Source: Eledone cirrhosa
Lineage: Eukaryota
Direction: 5' to 3'
Assembly (NCBI GenBank): GCA_964016885.1
Contig: OZ024743.1
Location: forward strand, 276,706,001 to 276,770,000
Length of the DNA stretch: 64,000 bases
Below the pieces are notes generated by a model, which had not been told where the DNA came from, ran no database searches, and saw nothing but the letters and a program-made list of their open reading frames with translations. Both the position numbers and the translations under genes were made by a program. This document shows, piece by piece, positions 13,202-26,137 of the stretch. How positions within the stretch are numbered: the first letter of the stretch is position 1; every line of letters starts with the position of its first letter.

Positions 13202-14199
13202 GATTTCTTTATTAACCACAAGGGTTTACATAAAGTAGAAATTAAGGACAGTGCAGGACAATGCAGGACGGTACAAATGGGCATTTCTGCGTGTAAAAAA
13301 CAAAAACAGAGGATGTAACAAAAAATAACAATGAAAAATTCCCCAATAGGGGGAGACTTCCGAGGGACATTCGTAGAGAAAGCCCATTAAAAAGCCACAG
13401 TGACCCTGACCACCAGGGCAAGTGCCCTCTCCTAGTTTTCCACCTTTAATTTACAGACACATACTCAGAGTAGGCCCATTCACTCGGGCCATTCTTGCCT
13501 CTCACCCATCTTTCAACAAAATGCTGGGAAGAGAGCACTTCCCTTTCTACCCTGATTTTCGTTTTCAAATGAAATTTGAAAAAGTTAATCAGGGCATCAC
13601 CGAAGAAGTAAGTGCTCGTCTTTTGCCCTTTCAAACGTGTCCACCATACTATCTCTTTCGCCATGGCCACCAGACAGATAAAAACTGCCTGCCCTTCCCG
13701 GCTAAAGGAAGAGGGCGGGGCAATCCTCACGATGTACTCAGCTGATAGCTGGATCCGTCCTACACGCGACAGCAGGTGTTCGACATAAACCCACAAGTCA
13801 GCAATGCACGGACACTGGACGAGTGCGTGCAGGACGGTTTCGTCGCCCTGCGCGCATCTCGGACATGCCCGGCTGATGGCACCTCCATGCCTGTAGAGTT
13901 TATCCCGAACTGGCAAAGCTCCTCGGTAGCACTGCCAGGCCAGGGATTTCTGGAAGTTGTCCATAGGCCCCGGCCCGAAAGTTCTTCCGAAGAGATTGGC
14001 CACTTGATTTTCATCGACGCCTAGAGTTTCCCCAAGTACGTCGTCGCTCTTCCCCTCCACTAATCCTCTATAGAACGCCAAGGTGGAGTTTCCATCGATC
14101 ACATTGCCCTATTGGTCGAGGGCTGTGAGCGCCTGAAGACATTCCAGTCTCCAAGCGCTCCCTCTCGGCCTTCGCTTGACCCAGGACTGCAGCTCCGTC
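13202..14199 (-). mobile_element. 5'-truncated Tx1-clade LINE (third subfamily) flanked by (AAT)n on both sides
   Basis: ORF 13446-14102 is homologous to the ORF2 C-terminus (MDNFQKSLAWQCYRGALPVRDKL, CPRC..H...C). 3'UTR has AATAAA then (ATT)n. Confidence 0.9.
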
Positions 14200-14223
14200 A
14201 ATAATAATAATAATAATAATAAT

Positions 14224-15018
14224 TTTGAGAAAACGGAATTCAAAGATCCACAGACATGGAACTGGTTGAGAAGAGGAGACCTTAAAAAGGCTACAGAAGG
14301 AATGCTAATGGCTGCGCAAGAGCAGGCCCTCAAAACGAAGTGGCTGAAACACCATATTTACAAGGAGGAGGTTAGCCCACTGTGCAGGATCTTTGGAGAG
14401 AGATAGGAGACTGTGGCTCACATTGTATCCGAGTGTAAACACCTAGCCCAGACTCACTATAAGGGCTGGAGACATGATGTGATGGGCAGGGTGATCCACT
14501 GCAAAGTAAACAATTTACCACATTCTGAGAAGTGGTATGAGCATAAGCCAGAGTCGGTGATGGAAAACGATCAGGTGAAGGTGCTATGGGATTTTAGGAT
14601 ACAGACGGACAAGAAACTGGAACACAATAGACCTGACCTGGTGGTTTTGGACAAGGAAAAAAGATCGTACCTGATGGTGGATGTGGCCTGCCCATTCGAA
14701 ACGAGAGTGCAAGAGAAGGAGAGGGAGAAAATTAACCGATACCAGGACTTAAAGTGGGAGGTAAAAAGGATTTGGAACTGCCATGAAGTCAAAGTGGTCC
14801 CGATTGTCATAGGCGCACTAGGGACTATCTCAAAAAGTTTCCAGGGATGGTTAAAGAAAATTGGCCCCGCCCCGCTTTTTGGAACACTTCAAAAGGCATG
14901 CTTGCTGGGAACATCAAGAACCCTCCGATACGTCCTGAATATCTGAGGCTGCAGGTAGTGGCTTGATATTCATTTCAACAAACTTTCCAGTTAACTAACA
15001 TCAATGACTGAGACTCAA
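14224..15018 (+). mobile_element. 5'-truncated R4/Dong-like element (RLE domain and 3'UTR) within (AAT)n
   Basis: Highly similar to 1231-2033. Stop codon at 14404-14406 and a 9-bp deletion. (AAT)n on both sides. Confidence 0.9.
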
Positions 15019-15045
15019 ATAATAATAATAATAATAATAATAATA

Positions 15046-15170
15046 ATTGTTTCTACTTTTGGCACAAGGCCAGCAATTATTTCAGTGCATTACTGGCACT
15101 TTATTTTATCGACCACGTAAGGATGAAAGGCAAAGTTAACCTCGGCGGGATTTGAACTCAGAACGTAAGA
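15046..15170 (-). mobile_element. tRNA-derived SINE, partial, with (ATT)n tail
   Basis: Reverse complement of the 20445-20567 portion of the SINE at 20378. Confidence 0.8.
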
Positions 15171-15492
15171 TTGGTTAAGCCTTCATTACGTTTATTGGTT
15201 GGTGACGCGCGTTTCGCTATTGATCAGCTCAAGGTTCGATCTGTACTGACTCTGGAATCAAAAGCTCGCCGGATCTCTGTAGTAGTAATGACAGAATGAA
15301 TATACATGGCGTCTAAAGAATATAACGTTCATATGTTGGTCAGTTTATGTTGTTTTGATTGGTGGGTTAATTACGATGAATGTTTAGGTGGGGCGGGGAT
15401 AAGCGTAGTGACAAGGTAGTGGGGAGGAGCAAAGGTTGATGTGAGTATCGGAATATATATATAGTCATCTTCGCAGTCATAAAGTAAGACCA

Positions 15493-15665
15493 GTGGTTGA
15501 CTACCAGGCTGCTGTTGGAGATGCTACTCATCATGCTTGCCAAACATGTGGTAGAGAATGTAAATCAGCAGGAGGGCTCAAGCGACATGCAAAACTACAC
15601 GAACTCCAACTACAGCCGGCTATTGCCAGTGAATGTTTTGGTTGCCGACTCTGTGCAAGACATTC
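15493..15665 (+). pseudogene. Isolated C2H2 zinc-finger fragment, probably a LINE ORF C-terminus remnant
   Basis: CQTCGRECKSAGGLKRHAKLH followed by a truncated second finger (CRLCARH). No supporting gene context. Confidence 0.4.
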
Positions 15666-15885
15666 GATCGCAGCGCTGTTAGTTGCTATCGTGTGTGTGT
15701 GTGTGTATAGATATGTTTATGTGTGTGCATGTGTGTGTATATATATATGTATATGTATATTATTATTGTTGTTGTCATTATTATTATTGTTGTTATTATT
15801 ATTATTGTTGTTATTGTTATTAATGTATGTGTGTGTGTATATGTGTGTGTGAGTATGTGTGTGTGTGTGTGTGTATATATGTATG

Positions 15886-15950
<65 letters not shown>

Positions 15951-16038
15951 TTTTTATTTTCTTTTTATTTATTTATTATTATTATTATTTTTTTTTCTTT
16001 CTCCTCGTGCAATGCCCATACTCGATAACGAGGGGGCA

Positions 16039-16146
<108 letters not shown>

Positions 16147-16567
16147 GCTTTATTGAACCAAAGTTGGTGTCCAAGTTGCATAATCAATAAACCAGTCTGC
16201 TCAGTAAATTAATGACAGAGCATTCCACAGATACGTGTATCCTTAACATAATTCTCAGGAAGATGCAGCGGGATACGGTGTAACAAAATTTCAGTTACAC
16301 ACACACAGACACACACACACACACAGACGCACACACGCAGACACATTTATATATATATTAATGATTTAACAATTGCATGATTACTAAGCACCATGTCTTT
16401 GAAATATGTATTATGCAATAAAATAATTATGTTAACGATACTCTGTCTTAAGACTATTTCGGATATATATATATATATATGTAAAAGGTAAACAGAAATA
16501 ACAACACAATCAGGACAGTATATGGAAGGTATATATTAGGTTAACGCTTGAAATAGCAGGAAGAAGG

Positions 16568-16603
16568 TCTTAACGTTTCGGACGCTAGTCCTTCATCAGA
16601 AGA
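16568..16603 (-). ncRNA. Putative minimal type I hammerhead ribozyme (no loop III)
   Basis: Minus strand: tctt CTGATGA a ggac-tagc-gtcc GAAAC GTT aaga. Intact core, 4-bp stems I and II, palindromic AACGTT. Lies ~90 bp from a (TA)n tract. Confidence 0.7.
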
Positions 16604-16815
16604 AAGAATGAGAAATAAAATAGATTGAGGAATGGGAAAAATGTCTTTAGATAAAAATAACAGACGCATTCATGTTGACATCTCTTGCAAAACTGTTGGT
16701 GCTGGCGTTTTGTGTATGACTGGTTTTTAGAAAAGTGGATGATGGAGCGCGTCTATCTGAAATGGAAAAAAAAACTGTTTTGTAAAAAGAGCTATACTTG
16801 AGCACGCGCGTAAGC

Positions 16816-16903
<88 letters not shown>

Positions 16904-16906
<3 letters not shown>

Positions 16907-17164
16907 CGATGGTATGGACATGTGATGCGCATAGAGGATGGCCGATGGGTGAAGAAGTGCAAAGAAATGCCAGTTGAAGGAAGAAGTAGTAGAGGTAGAC
17001 CACGAAAAACATGGGCGGAGGTGGTGGGAGCAGACCTCAGATCGCTGAAGCTAACGGTGGAGATGACGAAGGACCGTGACAAGTGGAGAGATGCTGTGCT
17101 GAATAGGACCCGTCTCACCCTTGCAAGCAGAGAAAAGCGGACGTAAAATGATGATGATGATGAA

Positions 17165-17205
<41 letters not shown>
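16904..17205 (+). mobile_element. 5'-truncated RTE-clade LINE 3' end with (GAT)n tail
   Basis: MRWYGHVMR...GRPRKTW...DRDKWR motifs typical of RTE C-termini. Stop at 17146 followed by (GAT)n. Confidence 0.8.
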
Positions 17206-17240
<35 letters not shown>

Positions 17241-17649
17241 TCATCATATGTATGCATATATCCATACATACATACATATAAATATATGTATACACTTACA
17301 TCATTTATATTCTATACATTTTGATATTCTCTCTATTATTATTGCTATTATTATTATTAAGCATTCCATATTAGCAGAATTAAGCATCAATGTAATCTTA
17401 TATTCAATACAATCCCTCTTTTTCAAGAGATATTCCAGATTATTCCGATATCCCTCCACTGCGGTGTATAATATTCTATTTATTAAAGCTGCTATTGTCT
17501 TGCATGGATATCAAAGTCCTTTATAGGAGTCTTCTATATAGATGGACACTGTTGTAAGTCTATCTATCGCATAATCATTTATTTGCACACTCAAATACAA
17601 CTAACTTAACCTACTTCGATTTTTTTCGTTTCTTTTTGAATGTCACTAC

Positions 17650-18420
<771 letters not shown>

Positions 18421-18996
18421 CATAGATTGCCTTCACTTATTTCCCATCCTATAAATCTAATGTATCATTTTTCTCCATCCGTATTTCCTATTCTATTCGT
18501 CAAACACTTTACTTTCAACTCCAGTGTGTTAGTTTCAGTATAAACTGTTGGATGGCCATTGTAAGAATACTCTAACACTTTTACAGCAATTATTCATTGA
18601 CCTAAGCGGTCCTGCCATTAAACAATACATGAAAAAGAGAAGCAAATACACCACAATCACTAAACAATCTATGTATGGAAATAGCTACAAATATTCATAG
18701 GCACCTCTGCGGCCGAATCTTTTAACAATACATAAAAGCTTTGAACCTGAACAGCTACAAAATGTCGGCCATACTTCTCCTTTCATATCTGCCATTATTG
18801 TTGTTCTTAATATTGTTAATATTGACGGTGCGGGTGGATGACGCAACACAATACACTGCTGCACTAAATGCTTTCAGTTATATGTGTGTAGATATATATA
18901 TACTTGTTTGTTTGCGTGTGTATGCGTGTATGTATGTATGTATATATGTTATGTATATATGCATGCATGCATGTATGTATGTATGTATTATGTACG

Positions 18997-19060
<64 letters not shown>

Positions 19061-19515
19061 TTCAAAATATTAATAAATATAGACATTCACGTGATCAAAA
19101 TATATTTTATATATATTTCGGAGGTACTGTGCTGTTTTTTCAGTACGTCCTCATCAAATAAAATATATAAATTTATGTATGACATACCTCAATGTGGTGA
19201 TGGTTCAATTCCAGGCTTGGCAGTGATTAATTACAACAAAACTCAATATTTATATACCATAAGTACTAACATGACAAACTAAATATAATGGAGAGGGTGA
19301 GTAAGAGAAAGTGTAGAAAAAATAAATACATAAATAAAATAAATAACTACATAAACACATAAGTATATAAATTTTAAATATTTAAATATGCAAATATGTA
19401 AATATCCGTATTAGAGAAAAAAAAACAAATGAGAGAGAGCTAAATAGAAGGGAAAGGGAGGTAGAGATGGTAGAATATATAATTGCATAAGGAAAGACCT
19501 TGGTTAACTTTTGGT

Positions 19516-19608
<93 letters not shown>

Positions 19609-20377
19609 GTTTAACAAGGTTCAATGAATTAATCAATGAATAAAGTTCCACACTAGATTAGAAGCACTCTACAAGAAGTTTTCTGGAGTTATTAATATTA
19701 CTTCAACATATTTATAAATATAGACATTCATGTGATCAAATATATTTTATTATACATATTGCAGAAATAGCTGAGTACCTCTGAATTATGTATAATATTA
19801 TATATATATATATATATGTAGGAGGTGAGTTTTATTGTAGTACAATAAAGCAATGCAGATATCGGATAAGAAGCACTCTACAGTTTGTAGGACTGGAGTA
19901 TATTATATAATACTACTGGAGTATATTATATAGTACATTATATAATACTTGTTACTCATTCTATATCACTCCTATTTATCACTTCCCTTTCTTCTCTTTT
20001 TCTTTTAATGTCTAACCCCTAATCTGTACATTTTCTCACTGTTGCCTAACATAGAAACAATTATTACATAATACAATACATTCTTACTCTATATCACCTT
20101 GTAAAAATCCTTCGTAAACAAACATTTTTTTGACGTTAGATTATTCATCCTCAATTCATTATTTTTTCTCCCTTTCATCTAACTTATTCATTCATGCTCA
20201 TCTCACAATATATCCTTACTCACATTACTTGTTGTTCTTTTTAATAATACATATCAACATTTTCTTTCCATCGCACATATTATTAAACCCTTAAATATTA
20301 TTCTTAATACATATTAACTTTTTCTTTCCATCGCACATATTATTAAACCCTTAAATATTATTCTTAATACATATTAA

Positions 20378-20565
20378 GGGCGGTGGATTGGCAGTATCGG
20401 TAGAGGGTTGGACGCCATGCTTTCCAGCATAGTTACGTCCCTTTACGATCTGAGTTCAAATCCCGCCGAGGTTGACTTTGCCTTTCATCCTTATGGGGTC
20501 GATAAAATAAAGTACCAGTAATGCACTGGGTAATTGCTGGCCTTGTGCCTAAAGTAGAAACAATT
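20378..20565 (+). mobile_element. Full-length tRNA-derived SINE with 21-bp target-site duplication
   Basis: A-box-like TGGCAGTATCGG and B-box GAGTTCAAATCC. ATTATTCTTAATACATATTAA at 20357-20377 and 20563-20583. Inserted in a ~60-bp tandem repeat (20244-20625). Confidence 0.85.
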
Positions 20566-21073
20566 ATTCTTAATACATATTAACATTTTCTTTTCATCGC
20601 ACATATTATTAAACCCTTCAATATACAAACCTTAACTTTACATTATTTTTCTCTTCGTTAATTTTCAAATTCTTTTAATTTATACATTATCTTCCAACGG
20701 TTTTCAACCTCTCTATGTAAAACAATATATTTTTCTCAGTTATAAATGCTATCTCTCTCTCTCTATCACCCATCTCTCCTCCTATCTCATCCTTCCTCAT
20801 TATACTCCTCCCTCTCCACTTTTTACTCTCATCTCCTCCTCTTTTTCACCCCCCCCCCCTCAAAATAAAATATTTTTTTCCCAATATCACACATCAATCT
20901 AAAACTACTTTTCATATGTTGATTTAAAACTGCACTATCCACAAGTGTTTTTTAACCTTCATATCATGTCTTCCTGTTTTATCTGATGAAAACACAAATA
21001 TTATTGCATGATGATATTTGTTTTTGAAATGCGCATAATAAAATACATGGAACTCTTTTAACCATCTTTTGTT

Positions 21074-21140
<67 letters not shown>

Positions 21141-21149
21141 GCATATATA

Positions 21150-24100
21150 TATAACAACACACCAAAACAATTCAAACCATCCACTCTCGCCTCAACATTT
21201 TTGCTTAACGCCCAAGACAACAGCCCTTCCACCAATACTCAAAAATGGAAGATCAAATTCCTGGAGGACTGGGTTGATGTCCATCCAAACCACATCCCTT
21301 TCTTCGTCCTCACTGAAACCCATCTCAGCAACCTCCACTAGGAAGCCGAGGTGAAAGTGAAAAATTTCAAACCCATCCGTGCTGATCGCGCTGGCAGAAG
21401 AAAGGGTGGGACTGCCATTTATGTCCATAATTCTTTCTCAACAGAGGCTATGAACATATTTACTAATGGATACTGCGAAGCAGTCACTGTATTCAGTCAA
21501 ACCAACAACCTAATAGTAGTTGGGCTCTATAGGCCACCCCAAACGCCTCTACCATGCTTCAAGGAATGCCTCAACAGCATAAAGTGTTTCATCCAAGAGT
21601 GTCACTCTGACAACAAATTAATGATGGGGGACTTCAACCTCCCCGGAGTTGACTGGTCCACAAAAAGCCTGCCACCAGGTTCTTCTGCCTCAACCTCTGA
21701 CAGGGAAGCAGTGGAATCGCTTCTTGACTTCATGGATGATTTCTTCCTGTCCCAACTTGTGCTCGAACCAACGAGGTGCCACAAAAACGTCCTAGACTTA
21801 ATTTTCAGCAATCACACTGACACTATCCACAATATTGCAGTGGAGAAAACTCTACTCTCTGATCATGACATGGTTCTCTGTGATCTGAGATTCCACCGTC
21901 CAATATACAAACCCAATGTCATCTCTCCTGTCCATCCGTTTGACGCTATGGATTTCCACAATGCAAACTGGGAAGCGATCAGTCATGATCTTGCACATGT
22001 CGACTGGTCCTTCACGCACACTCACACACCCACTAACAGCAAAAAGTCCTGGCAGACATTTGTGGACACTGTTACAAACATATGTGCAAAACACACCCCA
22101 TTAAGAACTATAAACAAATCTAAGAGCAGAATCCTTAGAAATAGAAAAACGCTCATCAGGAAAATTAAGAGAACTAACAAAAAAATCAACAAGCTGAAAT
22201 ACTGTCAGCAGCAACACATCAACTTGACTGCCATTTCATCACTAGAGATTAAAAAACATAACCTCCAAAACAATATGATGTCTATCATCAACAATCAGAG
22301 AAGAGCTGAAGAGGCATGGGCCATTGAGAAGATCAAACTCAATCCCAAAGTGTTCTTTTCATTTGCAAAAAAACACAAAATCACTGGCTCTACTGTTGGC
22401 CCTCTAATTGATGAAAATGGCACTCTTCAAGACAATGCTAAAACCATGGGTGAGATACTGCAGAAACAGTACTGCTCTGTTTTCAGCAATCCTGATATGG
22501 CCGATCTGGGCTGTATCGGCGATGTTACTCCCTATTACACCTTATCGGACATAACGTTTGGCGCCCCTGATGTCTTAGCGGCAATAAAGGAAATCAAGCA
22601 TAATTCAGCAGTAGGTCCCGATAGGTTCCCTGCTTGTGTCTTGAAGGCGTGTCAACACCAACTTGCATCTCCTCTTGCCAATCTGTGGCGGAACTCAGTG
22701 GATGCTGGATATGTGCCAGAAAACCTTCTATCCCAGTTTGTTGTCCCAGTTTTCAAAAAAGGAAACAAATCCCTTGCCGTGAATTACCGTCCAATCTCAC
22801 TCACCTCTCATATCATTAAGGTATTTGAGAGAGTGGTGAGATCGCGAATGACTCACTTCCTTGAGAGTAACAATATGCTGAACTCCAACCAGCATGGATT
22901 CCGTAATGGAAGGGATTGCCTGACGCAGCTACTGCATCACTTTGATGACATTTTGAGAGCCTTGGGAGAGGGTTCCAACATTGATGTTATCTACCTTGAT
23001 TTCAGCAAGGCCTTTGACAGGGTTGATCACAACATTCTACTGAGAAAGCTGTCCAATATTGGTGTCACTGGAAAGCAGCTGCAGTGGATCAAGAGCTTCC
23101 TGTCAAACAGAACCCAACATGTAGACGAAGGAATCAAATCCAGCCCAGCCAAAGTCAGTAGTGGGGTCCCACAAGGCACTGTGTTGGGCCCACTTCTCTT
23201 CATCATCTATATTAATGACATCACTGACATCACCAAACACAGCAACATTAGAATTTTCGCCGATGATTCCAAGCTCCAAAAGGTCATCAATGGCGTGGAT
23301 GACTGGATAAGCCTTCAGTCAGACCTACTGGCTGTTACTCAATGGGAGGAAAAGAACAACATGTTACTGAACGAAGACAAATTCGAACTGATCCACTTTG
23401 GAAAAGAGGATGCTCTGAAACTCCCGTACTCCCTTCCCTCCGGTGAAACTCTCGTGGCATCTAACAACATCAGAGACTTGGGTGTAACCGTGGACAGCAA
23501 CATAAGCTGGACCACGCATATAAGCAGCAAAGTTGACATGGCCCGCAGAATGTGTTCCTGGATCCTCAGAACCTTCCAGTCGAGAGATTCCCACACCATT
23601 ATCCTTCTCTTCTCCACTTTTGCCCGACCACACCTTGAATACTGTTGTCCACTGTTGTCTCCCTACACGAAACAAAATATCATGAAACTTGAAGTTCCCC
23701 AAAGTGCAATCACGAAAAAGATAGATGGCATGTCAAACCTTGACTACTGGGGTCGACTAGAAAAGCTGAAACTTTACTCACTCCAACGTCGCCGTGAGCG
23801 TTATATTATCTGCATGATGTGGAAAATGTTTCATCAGCACTGCCCAAATGATGTTGGCATCACCTTCAAAATACACCCAAGGCTTGGGCCCCGTGCTATC
23901 CGTCCCAAACAAAAATCTAAATCGCAACTCATAACAACAATACGGCACAATTATTTCACCTCAATTGGCCCTGCTCTCTTCAACATCACACCAGGACACG
24001 TCAAAACAGAAACTGACCACACAAAATTGAAGAAGTCTTTGGACAAATTCCTCCAAGTAATCCCGGACAAACTACCCACACCCGGATATGTCTCCGCAAA

Positions 24101-24234
24101 CAGTAATTCCCTTCTCGAATGGGCCATGGTGCCCAAATCCTGAATTGAAAGACTTCGCCAGGTGGTGCTATTAAGTTAGACATGGCCTGGGCCAATACTG
24201 GCCGAAACATTTCAAAGTTATTCAAAGTTCAAAG

Positions 24235-24236
<2 letters not shown>
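21150..24236 (+). mobile_element. CR1/L2-group LINE (ORF2 region) between (TA)n tracts
   Basis: APE motifs (LTETHL, GLYRPP, GDFN, LDLIF, SDHD) and RT motifs (YRPISLTS, YLDFSKAFD, GVPQGTVLGP, FADD, RDLGV). Short 3'UTR ends in AAGTT(C) repeats. Confidence 0.9.
21351..24143 (+). CDS. APE endonuclease-reverse transcriptase (930 aa open); in-frame TAG at 21339-21341 cuts off the APE N-terminus, so probably inactive
   Basis: ORF track. The upstream in-frame segment FLLNAQ...FVLTETHL belongs to the same domain. Confidence 0.8.
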   Translation: MKVKNFKPIRADRAGRRKGGTAIYVHNSFSTEAMNIFTNGYCEAVTVFSQTNNLIVVGLYRPPQTPLPCFKECLNSIKCFIQECHSDNKLMMGDFNLPGVDWSTKSLPPGSSASTSDREAVESLLDFMDDFFLSQLVLEPTRCHKNVLDLIFSNHTDTIHNIAVEKTLLSDHDMVLCDLRFHRPIYKPNVISPVHPFDAMDFHNANWEAISHDLAHVDWSFTHTHTPTNSKKSWQTFVDTVTNICAKHTPLRTINKSKSRILRNRKTLIRKIKRTNKKINKLKYCQQQHINLTAISSLEIKKHNLQNNMMSIINNQRRAEEAWAIEKIKLNPKVFFSFAKKHKITGSTVGPLIDENGTLQDNAKTMGEILQKQYCSVFSNPDMADLGCIGDVTPYYTLSDITFGAPDVLAAIKEIKHNSAVGPDRFPACVLKACQHQLASPLANLWRNSVDAGYVPENLLSQFVVPVFKKGNKSLAVNYRPISLTSHIIKVFERVVRSRMTHFLESNNMLNSNQHGFRNGRDCLTQLLHHFDDILRALGEGSNIDVIYLDFSKAFDRVDHNILLRKLSNIGVTGKQLQWIKSFLSNRTQHVDEGIKSSPAKVSSGVPQGTVLGPLLFIIYINDITDITKHSNIRIFADDSKLQKVINGVDDWISLQSDLLAVTQWEEKNNMLLNEDKFELIHFGKEDALKLPYSLPSGETLVASNNIRDLGVTVDSNISWTTHISSKVDMARRMCSWILRTFQSRDSHTIILLFSTFARPHLEYCCPLLSPYTKQNIMKLEVPQSAITKKIDGMSNLDYWGRLEKLKLYSLQRRRERYIICMMWKMFHQHCPNDVGITFKIHPRLGPRAIRPKQKSKSQLITTIRHNYFTSIGPALFNITPGHVKTETDHTKLKKSLDKFLQVIPDKLPTPGYVSANSNSLLEWAMVPKS

Positions 24237-24292
<56 letters not shown>

Positions 24293-24294
<2 letters not shown>

Positions 24295-24485
24295 CAAAGG
24301 AATTGAGGTAAAGAACCAGATGGACCATAACGCACCAGAGTACTCAATACTTAGGGTAGTAGAGTGGGAAATAGGAAAAAGTATGACCCTGACGGCAGAG
24401 CTCAAGCCGTTTCGACGGCTATTTCTGGATGTCCAGAAATACCCGTCGAAACGGCTTGAGCTCTGCCGTCGGAGTCATACTTTTT

Positions 24486-24490
<5 letters not shown>
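24293..24490. repeat. Fold-back element with ~58-bp inverted arms (24371-24490) between (TA)n tracts
   Basis: ataggaaaaagtatgac...tttctgga/tccagaaa...gtcatactttttcctat with a few mismatches. Confidence 0.8.
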
Positions 24491-24543
<53 letters not shown>

Positions 24544-24693
24544 AATTAAAATACTAGAGTGTGTAGGAGTTAAACATCCTCTTCATATTATAGAAATGAC
24601 AGTATAAGATATAGCTCAATGTAATTAAACAGAGCCGAAGAATTATAAAAAAATAAACCAAAGAAGCCTTCAATACATCAAAAGTCTTTATTA

Positions 24694-24731
24694 GCCAACA
24701 ATGTTTCGTCCTATTAAAGACTCATCAGGGC
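24694..24731 (-). ncRNA. Minimal type I hammerhead ribozyme in the PLE 3' terminus
   Basis: Minus strand: gcc CTGATGA gtctt-taat-aggac GAAAC att GTT ggc. Canonical core with stems I, II and III. Confidence 0.75.
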
Positions 24732-26137
24732 AAGTAAAGCTACAAGAAGCACTATCGGCCAATACAAGCCAAAAACTCAGAAGAATATGGAGTATACATC
24801 TATTAAAGATGGTGATAATAAAAAGCTTAATATATGTATATATATATATATATCTATACATATATACACTAGTACAAACACAAACTAACACTTATTAAGT
24901 ATTTAAATATATATATATTGTTTACAGTATAATATAATAAAGATAAAAATAAGAATAAAGATAAAAATAAAAATAAAATATAATATATAATTCCCTATCA
25001 GTGTGCATAAACAATATAAAAACATCATAATAACATTATAATAACAATATTATAATATATTGGTATCAAAAGATATACAAAATTACATCATATATATAAT
25101 TCAAGGTTAACAAATAGTATAAAGTTTTACACAGGGTAAGAAAAAAATCATATAGAACTAAATTGTGTTTAAAAAATTGTGTTGAAAAAAATATGTATAC
25201 CATTGCAACAAATACACGGAGGTCAAGTCGTTTTACATTGGCATAAGTATTACCAAAATATCACAAAATATTACAAAATATAACAGAACAGTATTTCAAA
25301 TAACATATATTAAAATCTATAATACGATTACATAAAAATGATATGATATAACAACGTTAATATCAAATATCAAACAGAGTCTAAGGAAATGCTTAATATA
25401 TATATTTACGTGGTTGAGATACACAGACATATATTAATGAACAGCGTGTGGTAGTAAAAAAATAAATAAAATAAACCGAAGATCGAAAAACAAAAACAAG
25501 TATATTTACTTAGGTGTCACAAGCGGTTAAGTAAAAGAAGAGATAGAAATGTAAGCGGCGAATTGACTAGAAAACCTTTTTAAATTAATTAATATTAAAA
25601 GTATTTAAAATACATATTTAGTCACTTCAAAATTGGCTATAGTTTAAGTCATCAAAAACGTATAAGTTTGAGATATTTCAATAAAATTATCAAGAATAGA
25701 GTAAAATATGCTCCGTTCAGTCGAATAACGTTATCAAATAAAAGAACTCTAAATAGAACCATGGTAGACCAATGGGAACAGAAAGAAGAGAGGTTATGGA
25801 GGATAGGAAGGAGCATAAAAGTAAAATCAATATATTATATAATATCATAAAAGGAGTATAAAGGTGAAATTTATATATAGTATAATAGCAGGGGCGGATA
25901 TTAAGTGTGTAGAGGAGGAGGTACATTAGTTGAATGAGACTCCAACCAAAGTATTTAATAAGATATAAACTCATAAGGTGTTAGTAGTGAAACTATAATA
26001 CTGCTTAAGACGATAGATAGGGTATGGTAGCCAAAAGACTATGGAAACTAAAATCGAAAAGTTGTAAAAAACTAATAATAATAAAGATGATGGTAATCAA
26101 AATGAACCTAGACAAAAAAGATAAGGAAATATAGCAG

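Noticed and set aside
20378-20470. tRNA gene
   Set aside because: A and B boxes are present, but there is no cloverleaf and it continues into a repeated SINE body with a TSD.
20244-20625. CRISPR-like repeat-spacer pattern
   Set aside because: Simple 60-bp tandem repeat interrupted by a SINE in eukaryotic DNA; no unique spacers or cas genes.
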